Of a stretch of 64,000 nt of DNA, positions 49,367-57,271 are shown one piece after another. The position numbers were made by a program, and so were the translations under genes. A model generated the notes under the pieces. The model searched no databases, was not told the DNA's origin, and was given only the letters and a program-made list of their open reading frames with translations. Positions within the stretch are counted from its first letter, which is position 1. Each line of letters begins with the position of its first letter. The DNA is taken from positions 1 to 64,000 of IMG/VR virus record IMGVR_UViG_3300008117_000011; one strand, 5' to 3'.

Positions 49367-50031
49367 TCGTTTAACATATCTTCGGTTATTTCAATTGGGT
49401 CCTGACAATCGTTCCAGACTCTCTGCTGCCAAGTTTGTTCTATTGTAATCATTTTTGTTGTTCCATAATACTCAGCAATTTCAAACTCACCTCTGGATCC
49501 GTCATCTATTTCCCATCCTCCAAATGCGGCTTCTAATCTGTCATAAAGATAATTTAATAGTTTTTCATATTCACCACCCCATCTTACAATTTCGGTTTGA
49601 CCATTAATTTCAATATCCTCGTGTATTTCACCGGAATCACCATAACCACTAAATTGTCCTTTTACAGATTCAATACCTTTTTCTTTAAGAAATTCTAAAA
49701 CTTCTTCATCTCTTATGTCATCAGAATATGTGTCAGGTTGTTCGTCAAAATTTTCACATCTAACACTATAAAACATTTTATTTTCAGATGGTTTTAAATC
49801 TAAAGTAATACTTTTATATTCTGTTTCACTATAAAGTTGTTCTATATCATATTCTTCAGCTAAAAATATTGCAATACCAGTTATTATATCTCTAATATTT
49901 CCTGGTACTGACATATTACTACTAAAGCTGTACCAGTCAACTTCTCCATCATAATATGCAAAAGAAAATGATATATTATCTTTCTTTAATGACTTAAAAA
50001 AAGACATTAGAACTTTAAATTTTTTTTTCAT
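49363..50031 (-). CDS. Tandem-array paralogue 1 (DUF6878-like, intact motifs)
   Basis: FSGYGDSGEI...FGGWEIDDGSRGEF. Confidence 0.75.
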   Translation of the reverse strand: MKKKFKVLMSFFKSLKKDNISFSFAYYDGEVDWYSFSSNMSVPGNIRDIITGIAIFLAEEYDIEQLYSETEYKSITLDLKPSENKMFYSVRCENFDEQPDTYSDDIRDEEVLEFLKEKGIESVKGQFSGYGDSGEIHEDIEINGQTEIVRWGGEYEKLLNYLYDRLEAAFGGWEIDDGSRGEFEIAEYYGTTKMITIEQTWQQRVWNDCQDPIEITEDMLNE

Positions 50032-50045
50032 ATTAAATAAATATC

Positions 50046-50399
50046 CTAGTCATCAAATTTAAGCTCTAAAGTTCTCATCATCCAGATAGGTTTCTCCTTG
50101 GATTCAATTGCTTTTATCCATTCTTTTGCTGATGGTACATAGTTGTAACAATCTTCCTTTACGTGATCTTCCCCAACGTATCTTGTATACACAGTTTTTC
50201 CATCACTATTAATAAAGGACTCTCCAAATATCTTTTCACATTCAAATATACCTTCTGAATGATGTCGGAACATTCTATGATATGAATGTCCAAACCAGGC
50301 CTTTGTCTGATCAAACCAATTGTGAATATGGATGTAGTCTTCTACTTTTCCTCCATATTTCTTAACTGAGCTTTTTGCGTGAATTAAAGGATGTGCCAT
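50046..50399 (-). CDS. DUF6915-like His-rich protein
   Basis: MAHP..HA.SS.KK.GG..EDY..IH.WFD..K......HR..RHH.EGIF...G...R..GE.HV.ED. Confidence 0.75.
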   Translation of the reverse strand: MAHPLIHAKSSVKKYGGKVEDYIHIHNWFDQTKAWFGHSYHRMFRHHSEGIFECEKIFGESFINSDGKTVYTRYVGEDHVKEDCYNYVPSAKEWIKAIESKEKPIWMMRTLELKFDD

Positions 50400-50458
50400 A
50401 ATGTGTCTTTTTGATAAGTATAACTTTAATAATCATATTTTTGAAGTATTTATTAGGT

Positions 50459-51079
50459 ATGAAAGATTTGATTCGTCAGGTTTTAAGGGAAACTATACAA
50501 AGTAAGTACAGAAGATTAAGTCCAGAACTTAATACTGTAATTATGAAAAAAATTACTTCTTTATTTAAAAATTTCAAAGTTGACTATAAAGACCCAAAAA
50601 AAACTTATGGAAATATTGATGTAGAATTTTGTTTAAATGGTAAAAAGGTTGTCAATTTTATTGGTGGTGATGAACCAGGGTGGGATGATTATGATACACC
50701 AGAAGGAACAAAAATTGACCCATATGGTCGTGTTACGTTTGATAAAAAGATTGTAAATCAATTAACTTCAACATTTAATATCAGAAAATCATTGGCCTTA
50801 CATCTTTTAACAGAATTTTTTGAGGATAATTATCTAAATACAATATCACAAAAATATGGAATTCAATTTAACGATTTAGATGATGGTCAAGAGTACGATT
50901 ATAAAAATGGTTTATGTCAATCTGAAATGGTAAAAAGTGTTCCAAATTATAATAGAGAACAAATGCTTGACTATATAGAATCAAGTGGAAGAGGAAGGAG
51001 ATATTGGGAAGAAATGGATGATGAGGAATTACAGAATTCTTTTGAGCAAATCTGGGTTATAATAAATTTTCGTGAGTAA
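50459..51079 (+). CDS. Leader-tagged hypothetical protein
   Basis: MKDLIRQVLRE; TATTTAT-N5-ATG. Confidence 0.8.
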   Translation: MKDLIRQVLRETIQSKYRRLSPELNTVIMKKITSLFKNFKVDYKDPKKTYGNIDVEFCLNGKKVVNFIGGDEPGWDDYDTPEGTKIDPYGRVTFDKKIVNQLTSTFNIRKSLALHLLTEFFEDNYLNTISQKYGIQFNDLDDGQEYDYKNGLCQSEMVKSVPNYNREQMLDYIESSGRGRRYWEEMDDEELQNSFEQIWVIINFRE

Positions 51080-52062
51080 TGAAAAAATTAATTAGACATA
51101 TATTACAAGAGGAAACCTCAATGTTTTTACCAGATAGATTTATTTACAATTCTATGATGGAAAGTAATGACGATATCATTAAGGCTTACCCTAAAAAGAA
51201 AAAACTAGCAATAAAATTTTTAGAGTCTTTTAAACTTGAGCACTGGGAAAATAAAAGATATCAAATGGAATACCTTGCGACACCAAAAGGTACTATTATT
51301 TTTATGTTAACGGATGCTGAGTTGTCTATTCAATCTGAAATTTATGATGTTTTAACACGGATTATGGATAATCCGGAATCTCTAACCTATTTCATAAATG
51401 ATTATGTTAGAAATAGAGGACTTTCTTTAGATTATATCTATGTAACTAGATCCGGTGGTATTGGTGAAATTGAGGATGATGATGACCGGGTAATTCAAAA
51501 CATTCAAGAATCAACTAGTAAAAACCCACTCAAACAATATTTTTTTAAAATCTGGGACAAAGAAAAAAAAGAAGGTAAAATTCCAATGATTGGTAATTTA
51601 GAAAGACTTGGTCTTATTGAAAAGCAAAATGAGATTATTCAATACTTTGCTGAGTATATGGGTTGGGACACAAACAGTAAATTGGAAGCAATTAAAATGT
51701 ATCTTTTAAACCAAACATTCACAGAAGATTATATTACTGGTATGAAAGATATCCCAGAAGGAAAAATAACAATTAAATTTACAGATATTCAAGTTGGTGA
51801 AAAGCCTAGTACAGATACGTATTTTGATGAAAGTTACATTGCTGGCGAATTTGTTGTTTTAGATGGTTCATTTTTAGAACCTGAAGTTGGTGAAACATTA
51901 CACTTTTCAAGTGGTGATATACCAATGTCTGATTTTCTTGAATACCACGATTTTAAAGATGCTGTTAGTGAGATTGTAGAAGGTTTTGTTGATAATATTT
52001 TAAAAACATTTGGTTATAAAAAGGGTGCCGTTAGTTATCCTTACGTTGATTTTAACTGGTAA
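51079..52062 (+). CDS. Leader-tagged two-module protein
   Basis: MKKLIRHILQEE; second module after IQES paralogous to 52062. Confidence 0.8.
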   Translation: MKKLIRHILQEETSMFLPDRFIYNSMMESNDDIIKAYPKKKKLAIKFLESFKLEHWENKRYQMEYLATPKGTIIFMLTDAELSIQSEIYDVLTRIMDNPESLTYFINDYVRNRGLSLDYIYVTRSGGIGEIEDDDDRVIQNIQESTSKNPLKQYFFKIWDKEKKEGKIPMIGNLERLGLIEKQNEIIQYFAEYMGWDTNSKLEAIKMYLLNQTFTEDYITGMKDIPEGKITIKFTDIQVGEKPSTDTYFDESYIAGEFVVLDGSFLEPEVGETLHFSSGDIPMSDFLEYHDFKDAVSEIVEGFVDNILKTFGYKKGAVSYPYVDFNW

Positions 52063-52619
52063 TGAAAGAGTTAATTAGAAATATATTAAGAGAAGATAAC
52101 AAAACTGAAATGGTGTTAAACTATTTTAGGAAGTTGTGGCAAAAGGATGTTGACTCTGGTAATGTTCCTACAATACCACATATTGATATTAAAAGAAAAA
52201 AATTAGATTCGTTCTATGATGATATAAAAGTTGCATATTTTGATTTTGTTGGTGGAAAAGAAAAAGCTTTTGAGTACTTTGAAAAATCAATTGAAAATAA
52301 AGTATTAACTGATAGGGACTTATCTAAGGTGCTTGATTTTCGTGGTCCGGATACTTTTACTTTTGAACTTTATGGTGTAACATCTGTTGATTACAAAGAT
52401 GGTGAAGTTGATGAAATTGAGTTTGTTTTTGATGTGTTAGATGGTAACTTTGAAACTGATGGTGGCGTTTTTGTTACCTGGTCTGAATTAATGCCTGAAG
52501 AAATGGATGATTTATACCACGATGTGTCAAATTGGATTAGGGGATTAATTGAGGACTACGTTGACACAATGGCGGAAAGTTATGGTTTTAAATTTGCATC
52601 ATATGGTTCCTGGGGATAA
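52062..52619 (+). CDS. Leader-tagged hypothetical protein
   Basis: MKELIRNILRED; YF.K.W.K....G..P shared with 51079. Confidence 0.8.
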   Translation: MKELIRNILREDNKTEMVLNYFRKLWQKDVDSGNVPTIPHIDIKRKKLDSFYDDIKVAYFDFVGGKEKAFEYFEKSIENKVLTDRDLSKVLDFRGPDTFTFELYGVTSVDYKDGEVDEIEFVFDVLDGNFETDGGVFVTWSELMPEEMDDLYHDVSNWIRGLIEDYVDTMAESYGFKFASYGSWG

Positions 52620-52620
52620 A

Positions 52621-52652
52621 AACAGAAAAGTCGGATTTCTCCGACTTTCTTT
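52621..52652. terminator. Bidirectional terminator
   Basis: AAAGTCGGA-TTTC-TCCGACTTT between convergent genes. Confidence 0.75.
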
Positions 52653-52903
52653 TATTTAATCCCGTATACTGTGGCTTTTTCCCCCAAAAGGAATTTTGCC
52701 ATATCAACTGCCTGATCTTTTGTCTTATAACCTTTCTCAACCAATTTTTTTGAGTGGTAGATGTTATAAACAGTTGATGCTACGTCCGGTTTAGCATACT
52801 TAAACTTACTTTCTTTTTTAGGTTTAAAACTGTCTTTAGCATAGACATCGTAAAAACCAACTTTGCAAATGTACCTTCCTCTTACTCCAGATTTTGTTGC
52901 CAT
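52652..52903 (-). CDS. Small basic hypothetical protein
   Basis: 83 aa ORF. Confidence 0.7.
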   Translation of the reverse strand: MATKSGVRGRYICKVGFYDVYAKDSFKPKKESKFKYAKPDVASTVYNIYHSKKLVEKGYKTKDQAVDMAKFLLGEKATVYGIK

Positions 52904-52955
52904 CTTTTTTTTAGATATTTAATGATTAATAATAAACAAATGTAATTCTTTTTTT

Positions 52956-53321
52956 TTAATTTTTCAAAACATTATTAAGAAATTTTCTAATTGTTTTGAT
53001 TATTTTCTGTTTTTTTGGGTGTTGATCCGGTAATTCAAAAAAATCATCACCAATCAAATCTGTTTCTTCAACAAGTAATGATAAAATATTATTCATCATT
53101 TCTTTTTTAGTTCTATAACTATTAAAACCATAACCTGGAAAACCTTCAAATGTATATTCAATTACCTTTAAAGGTTCTTCTTCCGTTTCAAAGTTAGACC
53201 AATTAAGTTTTTTTTCTTCAACTTTAATTCTTCTCATTAAAAAAAGTAAAATGTCAGAATCAAACTCCTCGTGTTTTGAGGAAATTTGATTCTTTTCATT
53301 TTCATTAATTATGATTTTCAT
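52956..53321 (-). CDS. Leader-tagged protein, paralogue of the second module of 29731
   Basis: MKIIINENEK; ILLFLMRR...QKIIKTIRKFLN. Confidence 0.75.
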   Translation of the reverse strand: MKIIINENEKNQISSKHEEFDSDILLFLMRRIKVEEKKLNWSNFETEEEPLKVIEYTFEGFPGYGFNSYRTKKEMMNNILSLLVEETDLIGDDFFELPDQHPKKQKIIKTIRKFLNNVLKN

Positions 53322-53845
53322 TTAAGAAATTTCAATTTATAAAGTGTTGAATTAACTAGTTCTTGAACTGTGTCAATCTGGTTTTGGATAAAACTATCGT
53401 CTACTGAATCTCTATTTTCTTCAATTATATCAAGTAGTCTTTCAAAATAAGAAATTGTCTTTTTACCATTCTTGTATTGCTCAATTTTGAATGACTTAAA
53501 GTTTTTCATTATACCATACTTTCCTTGGTAAGATTCAACTATCGCATCAAACAAAGGAACAACGGCATCATAATAACCATTAAGAGCAATATGTTCGGCG
53601 TATGATTTTGTTTGTAGGTGAAATACGTGAGCCTGATTTCTTGAGTGTAGTATATTACACATCATATCACAAAAGTCATCGTTTGAATCTGAATCATCTT
53701 CTACCTCATCAGTGTCGTCATCATCATCTTCGTCCTCTTCCTCGTCTTCCATTTCATCCTCAAGTTCGTCTTCATCTTCATCTTCCTCAAAGATATTTCT
53801 TTTTTTTAATTCTTCAAAAAGTTTATCACTTAGATTTTTTTCCAT
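53318..53845 (-). CDS. Ferritin/Dps-like (DUF5856-like) protein with acidic N-terminal extension
   Basis: QAHVFHLQTKSYAEHIALNGYYD...D.IVESYQGKYG...IQNQID...TLYKLKFL. Confidence 0.75.
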   Translation of the reverse strand: MEKNLSDKLFEELKKRNIFEEDEDEDELEDEMEDEEEDEDDDDDTDEVEDDSDSNDDFCDMMCNILHSRNQAHVFHLQTKSYAEHIALNGYYDAVVPLFDAIVESYQGKYGIMKNFKSFKIEQYKNGKKTISYFERLLDIIEENRDSVDDSFIQNQIDTVQELVNSTLYKLKFLK

Positions 53846-53882
53846 AATATTTAGTTTTTACTAATATATAAATATCATAAAA

Positions 53883-54587
53883 TTAGATAAATTCAAGAAT
53901 ATTTGTCACCTGATCCCACTCAAAAGTAACCGGTTTGTTGCGAAATTCATATCTTCCATTAAGAACCGCAGCATTGATGAAATGTGTTTGACCATCAAAT
54001 ACATAACCAAACCCTTCGTGAATATGGCCAAAAATATTGATTTTGGGTCTAATCTCCTCAATTCTTTTAAGAAGTTCTTCGCAACCAACATTCATATTGC
54101 CATAACCAACATAATCAAGTTTACCATAAGGAGGTCCGTGAGTAATAAGAATGTCAGTTCCGGCCGGAATCATATCCCACTTCTCTTTAAGTTTTTCACC
54201 ACGAGGAAGATTAAATGCCCAGTTATGAAATTCTGGCTGCCAAGGAGTTCCCCATATTTTAAGCATGTCATCATACTCAACTTCACCTTCACCAAGAAAC
54301 ATAAAATCATCTTGTAGGTAATCAATATTTTTGTAACCGGTAAGAATACCTTTCACCTTCAATAAATCATCCTGGAAGCCAAAATCGTGGTTTCCGGCAA
54401 TAAAAATCTTATGGTCGTAATTATCAATTTTATCATACCAAGTTGCAAAATTTTCAATTTCGGTAAGATATCCTCTACTAGTAATATCACCAGCACAAAT
54501 AAGAATATCACCACCGGGTAAAAAACCATCTAGTTTATTATGTTTAGTGTGAGTATCACTAATACAAGTTATTTTCCATTTTTTCAT
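53883..54587 (-). CDS. Calcineurin-like metallophosphoesterase (MPPED-type)
   Basis: ISDTH, AGD, IAGNHD, ITHGPP, FGHIHE. Confidence 0.9.
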   Translation of the reverse strand: MKKWKITCISDTHTKHNKLDGFLPGGDILICAGDITSRGYLTEIENFATWYDKIDNYDHKIFIAGNHDFGFQDDLLKVKGILTGYKNIDYLQDDFMFLGEGEVEYDDMLKIWGTPWQPEFHNWAFNLPRGEKLKEKWDMIPAGTDILITHGPPYGKLDYVGYGNMNVGCEELLKRIEEIRPKINIFGHIHEGFGYVFDGQTHFINAAVLNGRYEFRNKPVTFEWDQVTNILEFI

Positions 54588-54609
54588 AATACAAATATAA
54601 TAAAAAAAA

Positions 54610-54705
54610 TTAGATTGGTAATTTAATTTTAGATAATAATTGATTTGAGACGTGGGTGTATATCTCAGTTGTTTTTACATTACTATGACCGGCTATTTTT
54701 TGTAT
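54610..54705 (-). pseudogene. C-terminal relic of a tyrosine recombinase (IntI/Xer-like box II)
   Basis: Hand translation IQKIAGHSNVKTTEIYTHVSNQLLSKIKLPI*; contains catalytic His and Tyr; in-frame TGA just upstream, no start. Confidence 0.85.
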
Positions 54706-54787
54706 TGGTCAAAAAACCAATATTTTCCCATTTTGTGATTAATTCATTTGAGTTTTGTTCTTTTAATGTTTTTAATAATTCTCCCAT
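54683..54787 (-). pseudogene. Truncated ORF fused out of frame onto the integrase relic
   Basis: MGELLKTLKEQNSNELITKWENIGFLT then runs into integrase DNA and stops. Confidence 0.45.
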
Positions 54788-54798
54788 AATTTTTTTTA

Positions 54799-55005
54799 TT
54801 AATTAATTTTTTCATATTTAGTTTCCACAGCTCTTAGAATATCGTCACTGACAAAACAATTATTTTTTATTGACCATATTGATTCCATTTTTAAGAAGGG
54901 TTCATAACCACTAATTAAAACAATGTATTCTTCCATTTTTAAACCTTTTGTAGTTTTTTTAGTTGTTGTTAATCTATAACAACCAGCGTTAAATAGTGTT
55001 TTCAT
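54799..55005 (-). CDS. Small hypothetical protein
   Basis: 68 aa, ATGA-coupled. Confidence 0.6.
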   Translation of the reverse strand: MKTLFNAGCYRLTTTKKTTKGLKMEEYIVLISGYEPFLKMESIWSIKNNCFVSDDILRAVETKYEKIN

Positions 55006-55295
55006 TTTTTATTTATTTTTAAAATTTCATTAAACATTTCTTTAGTAGTTTTACCAACAAAATTATCATATTTACCTTCTTTAATTTCCTTACTTGTTTG
55101 ATGTTGGTCAATACATAATAAAGCTAATGAATCTATAGACATAGGATATATTCCACCAATTAAATTTAATGTGTTATTTATTGGTAAGTTTTTAATAAAA
55201 CCATCTTTAAATAATACAAAATCTTCATCGGTTACCCAACAATCACAACCAAAGTCTATTATTCTATTTTTAATTAATTCTATCTTATCACTCAT
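55002..55295 (-). CDS. Hypothetical protein
   Basis: Start re-called at MSDKIELIK after a TATATTTG promoter near 55313-55320. Confidence 0.6.
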   Translation of the reverse strand: MSDKIELIKNRIIDFGCDCWVTDEDFVLFKDGFIKNLPINNTLNLIGGIYPMSIDSLALLCIDQHQTSKEIKEGKYDNFVGKTTKEMFNEILKINKK

Positions 55296-55363
55296 ATAAC
55301 CAGTTTTATTCACAAATATACTAATTTATTTTGATAATATCAACCCAATGCACAAAATACTAT

Positions 55364-55417
55364 GTATAACAAATGATAAACAACATTAAAACGATTGTTT
55401 ATCATCGGACGTTAGCA
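55364..55417 (+). mobile_element. attC-like site A (short)
   Basis: GTATAAC-AA-ATGATAAACAA-cattaaaacga-TTGTTTATCAT-CGGAC-GTTAGCA. Confidence 0.75.
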
Positions 55418-55693
55418 AACATTAGACTGTGCTATAATTTTCAACCGAAGTTCTTTTATAATACCATCCCATTTATTAGCCATATCAAAGCAATATTGTT
55501 TTTCTTTACTTGATACAGTTCTTCTATATCCATCACCAGTATCATAAATATATCTAATTGAATAGTGTTGGAAATTATCTCTTGCATATTGCCATTGTTC
55601 AAACAACGTCATTTCATCCCAACTCTTAACACAACGTTTGCTAACAAAGTATAAACGTAATGTTTTCAGTCTTCCAATCAATCTTTTTATCAT
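55412..55693 (-). CDS. Cassette-1 gene (starts in site B loop, stops in site A core)
   Basis: MIKRLIGRLKTLRLYFV-SKRC...NVC*; the stop is the TAA of TAAC. Confidence 0.7.
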   Translation of the reverse strand: MIKRLIGRLKTLRLYFVSKRCVKSWDEMTLFEQWQYARDNFQHYSIRYIYDTGDGYRRTVSSKEKQYCFDMANKWDGIIKELRLKIIAQSNVC

Positions 55694-55759
55694 AATTTTT
55701 TAGTTTTGTATTTCAAATTAAGTTCAGTTAAACACTACGTTTATACTCAACCGTTATGT
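55639..55759 (+). mobile_element. attC-like site B (long)
   Basis: TGCTAAC-AA-AGTATAAACGTAATG...CACTACGTTTATACT-CAACC-GTTATGT. Confidence 0.8.
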
Positions 55760-55966
55760 GTAATAAGTTTTGTCTGTTTCATCTGAAAATCCTTTACTAA
55801 CATTTATACAATCATTTTTATCACACCACTTCATCCCACACCAGTTTTTACAACGAACATTATTATCGCTCAATCCATCTAATACTTTTTCTATATCAGA
55901 CTTATTACCACACATAACAAAGTATAAACGTAATGTTTTCAGTTTTTCAATCAATCTTTTTATCAT
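55754..55966 (-). CDS. Cassette-2 gene (Cys-rich; starts in site C loop, stops in site B core)
   Basis: MIKRLIEKLKTLRLYFV-MCG...YYT*. Confidence 0.7.
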   Translation of the reverse strand: MIKRLIEKLKTLRLYFVMCGNKSDIEKVLDGLSDNNVRCKNWCGMKWCDKNDCINVSKGFSDETDKTYYT

Positions 55967-56031
55967 AATTTCAAGTTTTGTATTTCAATTTAAGTTCAGT
56001 TAAGCACTACGTTTATACTCAACCGTTATAC
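55912..56031 (+). mobile_element. attC-like site C (long, near-copy of B)
   Basis: ACATAAC-AA-AGTATAAACGTAATG...CACTACGTTTATACT-CAACC-GTTATAC. Confidence 0.8.
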
Positions 56032-56043
56032 TCAATAAAAAAA

Positions 56044-56139
56044 TTATTTTAAGTTTTTAAGAGCCATAAACCCACAATATATTGCACCTAAACCACATAA
56101 AACCATTACAGCCAATAATATAATTTTAACTACTATCAT
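56044..56139 (-). CDS. Cassette-3 gene, 31 aa TM peptide
   Basis: MIVVKIILLAVMVLCGLGAIYCGFMALKNLK read by hand. Confidence 0.55.
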   Translation of the reverse strand: MIVVKIILLAVMVLCGLGAIYCGFMALKNLK

Positions 56140-56179
56140 TTTTTTTAATTTTTTAATTTGTAAATAATTTTTTAACTAA

Positions 56180-56233
56180 GTATAACAAAGAATATGTGTC
56201 ATTAAAACGAACACATATTCTCAACCGTTATAT
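56180..56233 (+). mobile_element. attC-like site D (short)
   Basis: GTATAAC-AA-AGAATATGTGT-cattaaaacga-ACACATATTCT-CAACC-GTTATAT. Confidence 0.75.
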
Positions 56234-56297
56234 ATACCTTACCGGTTGTTAATATTTTTTTAAATCCCATAATGTAAATATAGTAGTATTTATTGAT

Positions 56298-56891
56298 ATG
56301 AAAAAGTTTATATTATTTTTATTTTTAGTTTTTCCTTTTGTTTCTTTATCACAAAAAAAATTAAGAGATAGTGTCATTGTAAATGCTGACATATTCAAAA
56401 TCATTTATTCAGAAAAACTACAACAACCTCTTTCTGTAAAATATAATGTTCAATGTCCTTCTGGATCTGCGTCAAGAAAAGGTCTTGATTTTTTTACTTG
56501 TGATTCAATATTAACTTCAGATGGTAAGGATTATGATAACAATGTTTGGGATAAAGGTCATATGGCACCTGCCGCGGATTTTAATTGTACAAGAGATCTA
56601 ATGAAAAAAACTTTCACTTATTTAAATTGTACTTTACAACATCAAGATCTTAATAGAACCACTTGGAGGCTTTTAGAAACATATGAAAGATCGTTAGCTT
56701 TAAAATATAAAGTAGTTTCGGTTGAGGTTATTTGTGAATTTACTAAATCCTCTAAAGTGTTACCTTCAGGTGCAACTATACCCGATGGTTATTATAAAAT
56801 AATTAAATATAATAACACAACCGAAACCTATTATTTCAAAAACGAAAAACCTTCTTCAACTGATTATAAAAAATATCAAGTTAAAGGTTGA
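56298..56891 (+). CDS. Secreted DNA/RNA non-specific endonuclease (NucA/EndoG family)
   Basis: Signal peptide; WDKGHMAPAAD...TFTYLN..LQ...LN..TW..LE. Confidence 0.85.
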   Translation: MKKFILFLFLVFPFVSLSQKKLRDSVIVNADIFKIIYSEKLQQPLSVKYNVQCPSGSASRKGLDFFTCDSILTSDGKDYDNNVWDKGHMAPAADFNCTRDLMKKTFTYLNCTLQHQDLNRTTWRLLETYERSLALKYKVVSVEVICEFTKSSKVLPSGATIPDGYYKIIKYNNTTETYYFKNEKPSSTDYKKYQVKG

Positions 56892-57270
56892 TCTCAAACC
56901 GGGATTTCATCGTTTGAATCTTATCTTCCGGAACTCCGTGCTTATTCACACCTCCGTGTCTATTTTCAACAATTACTGAAAATACGGTGTATCCATATTC
57001 TTTGGCCATATTTACATAAGGCTCCATCTCCCACTCTTGTGTGAAAGTGTTTGACACAACAATTTTTGGGTATTCCAAAATCATATCCCCTTTAACCATT
57101 CCCTGACACCACTGGTGAGCATCTTTAATCTTTGTTGGGTCAAAATTGTAATTACCGGATTCACCAATAAAATACATATCAGCCTCATAGTGATTGCCAC
57201 CCAGTGTTTTTGCAAATGTTGATTTTCCGGATCCCGGAATTCCTCTTACGATATAAAGTACTTTTTCCAT
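56881..57270 (-). CDS. P-loop (AAA_33 / N4BP2-like) kinase
   Basis: VRGIPGSGKST, EADMYF, VSNTF, HGVP; start re-called at MEKVL. Confidence 0.85.
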   Translation of the reverse strand: MEKVLYIVRGIPGSGKSTFAKTLGGNHYEADMYFIGESGNYNFDPTKIKDAHQWCQGMVKGDMILEYPKIVVSNTFTQEWEMEPYVNMAKEYGYTVFSVIVENRHGGVNKHGVPEDKIQTMKSRFEINL

Positions 57271-57271
57271 C

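Noticed and set aside
54610-54705. Functional integrase, or an attP/attB core
   Set aside because: Only 31 codons remain, with an in-frame stop upstream and no start; nothing else indicates a prophage boundary.
55364-56233. Sites A-D as simple terminators or REP elements
   Set aside because: No T-runs; conserved TAAC/GTTA cores, cassette-end complementarity and a nearby recombinase relic fit att sites better.
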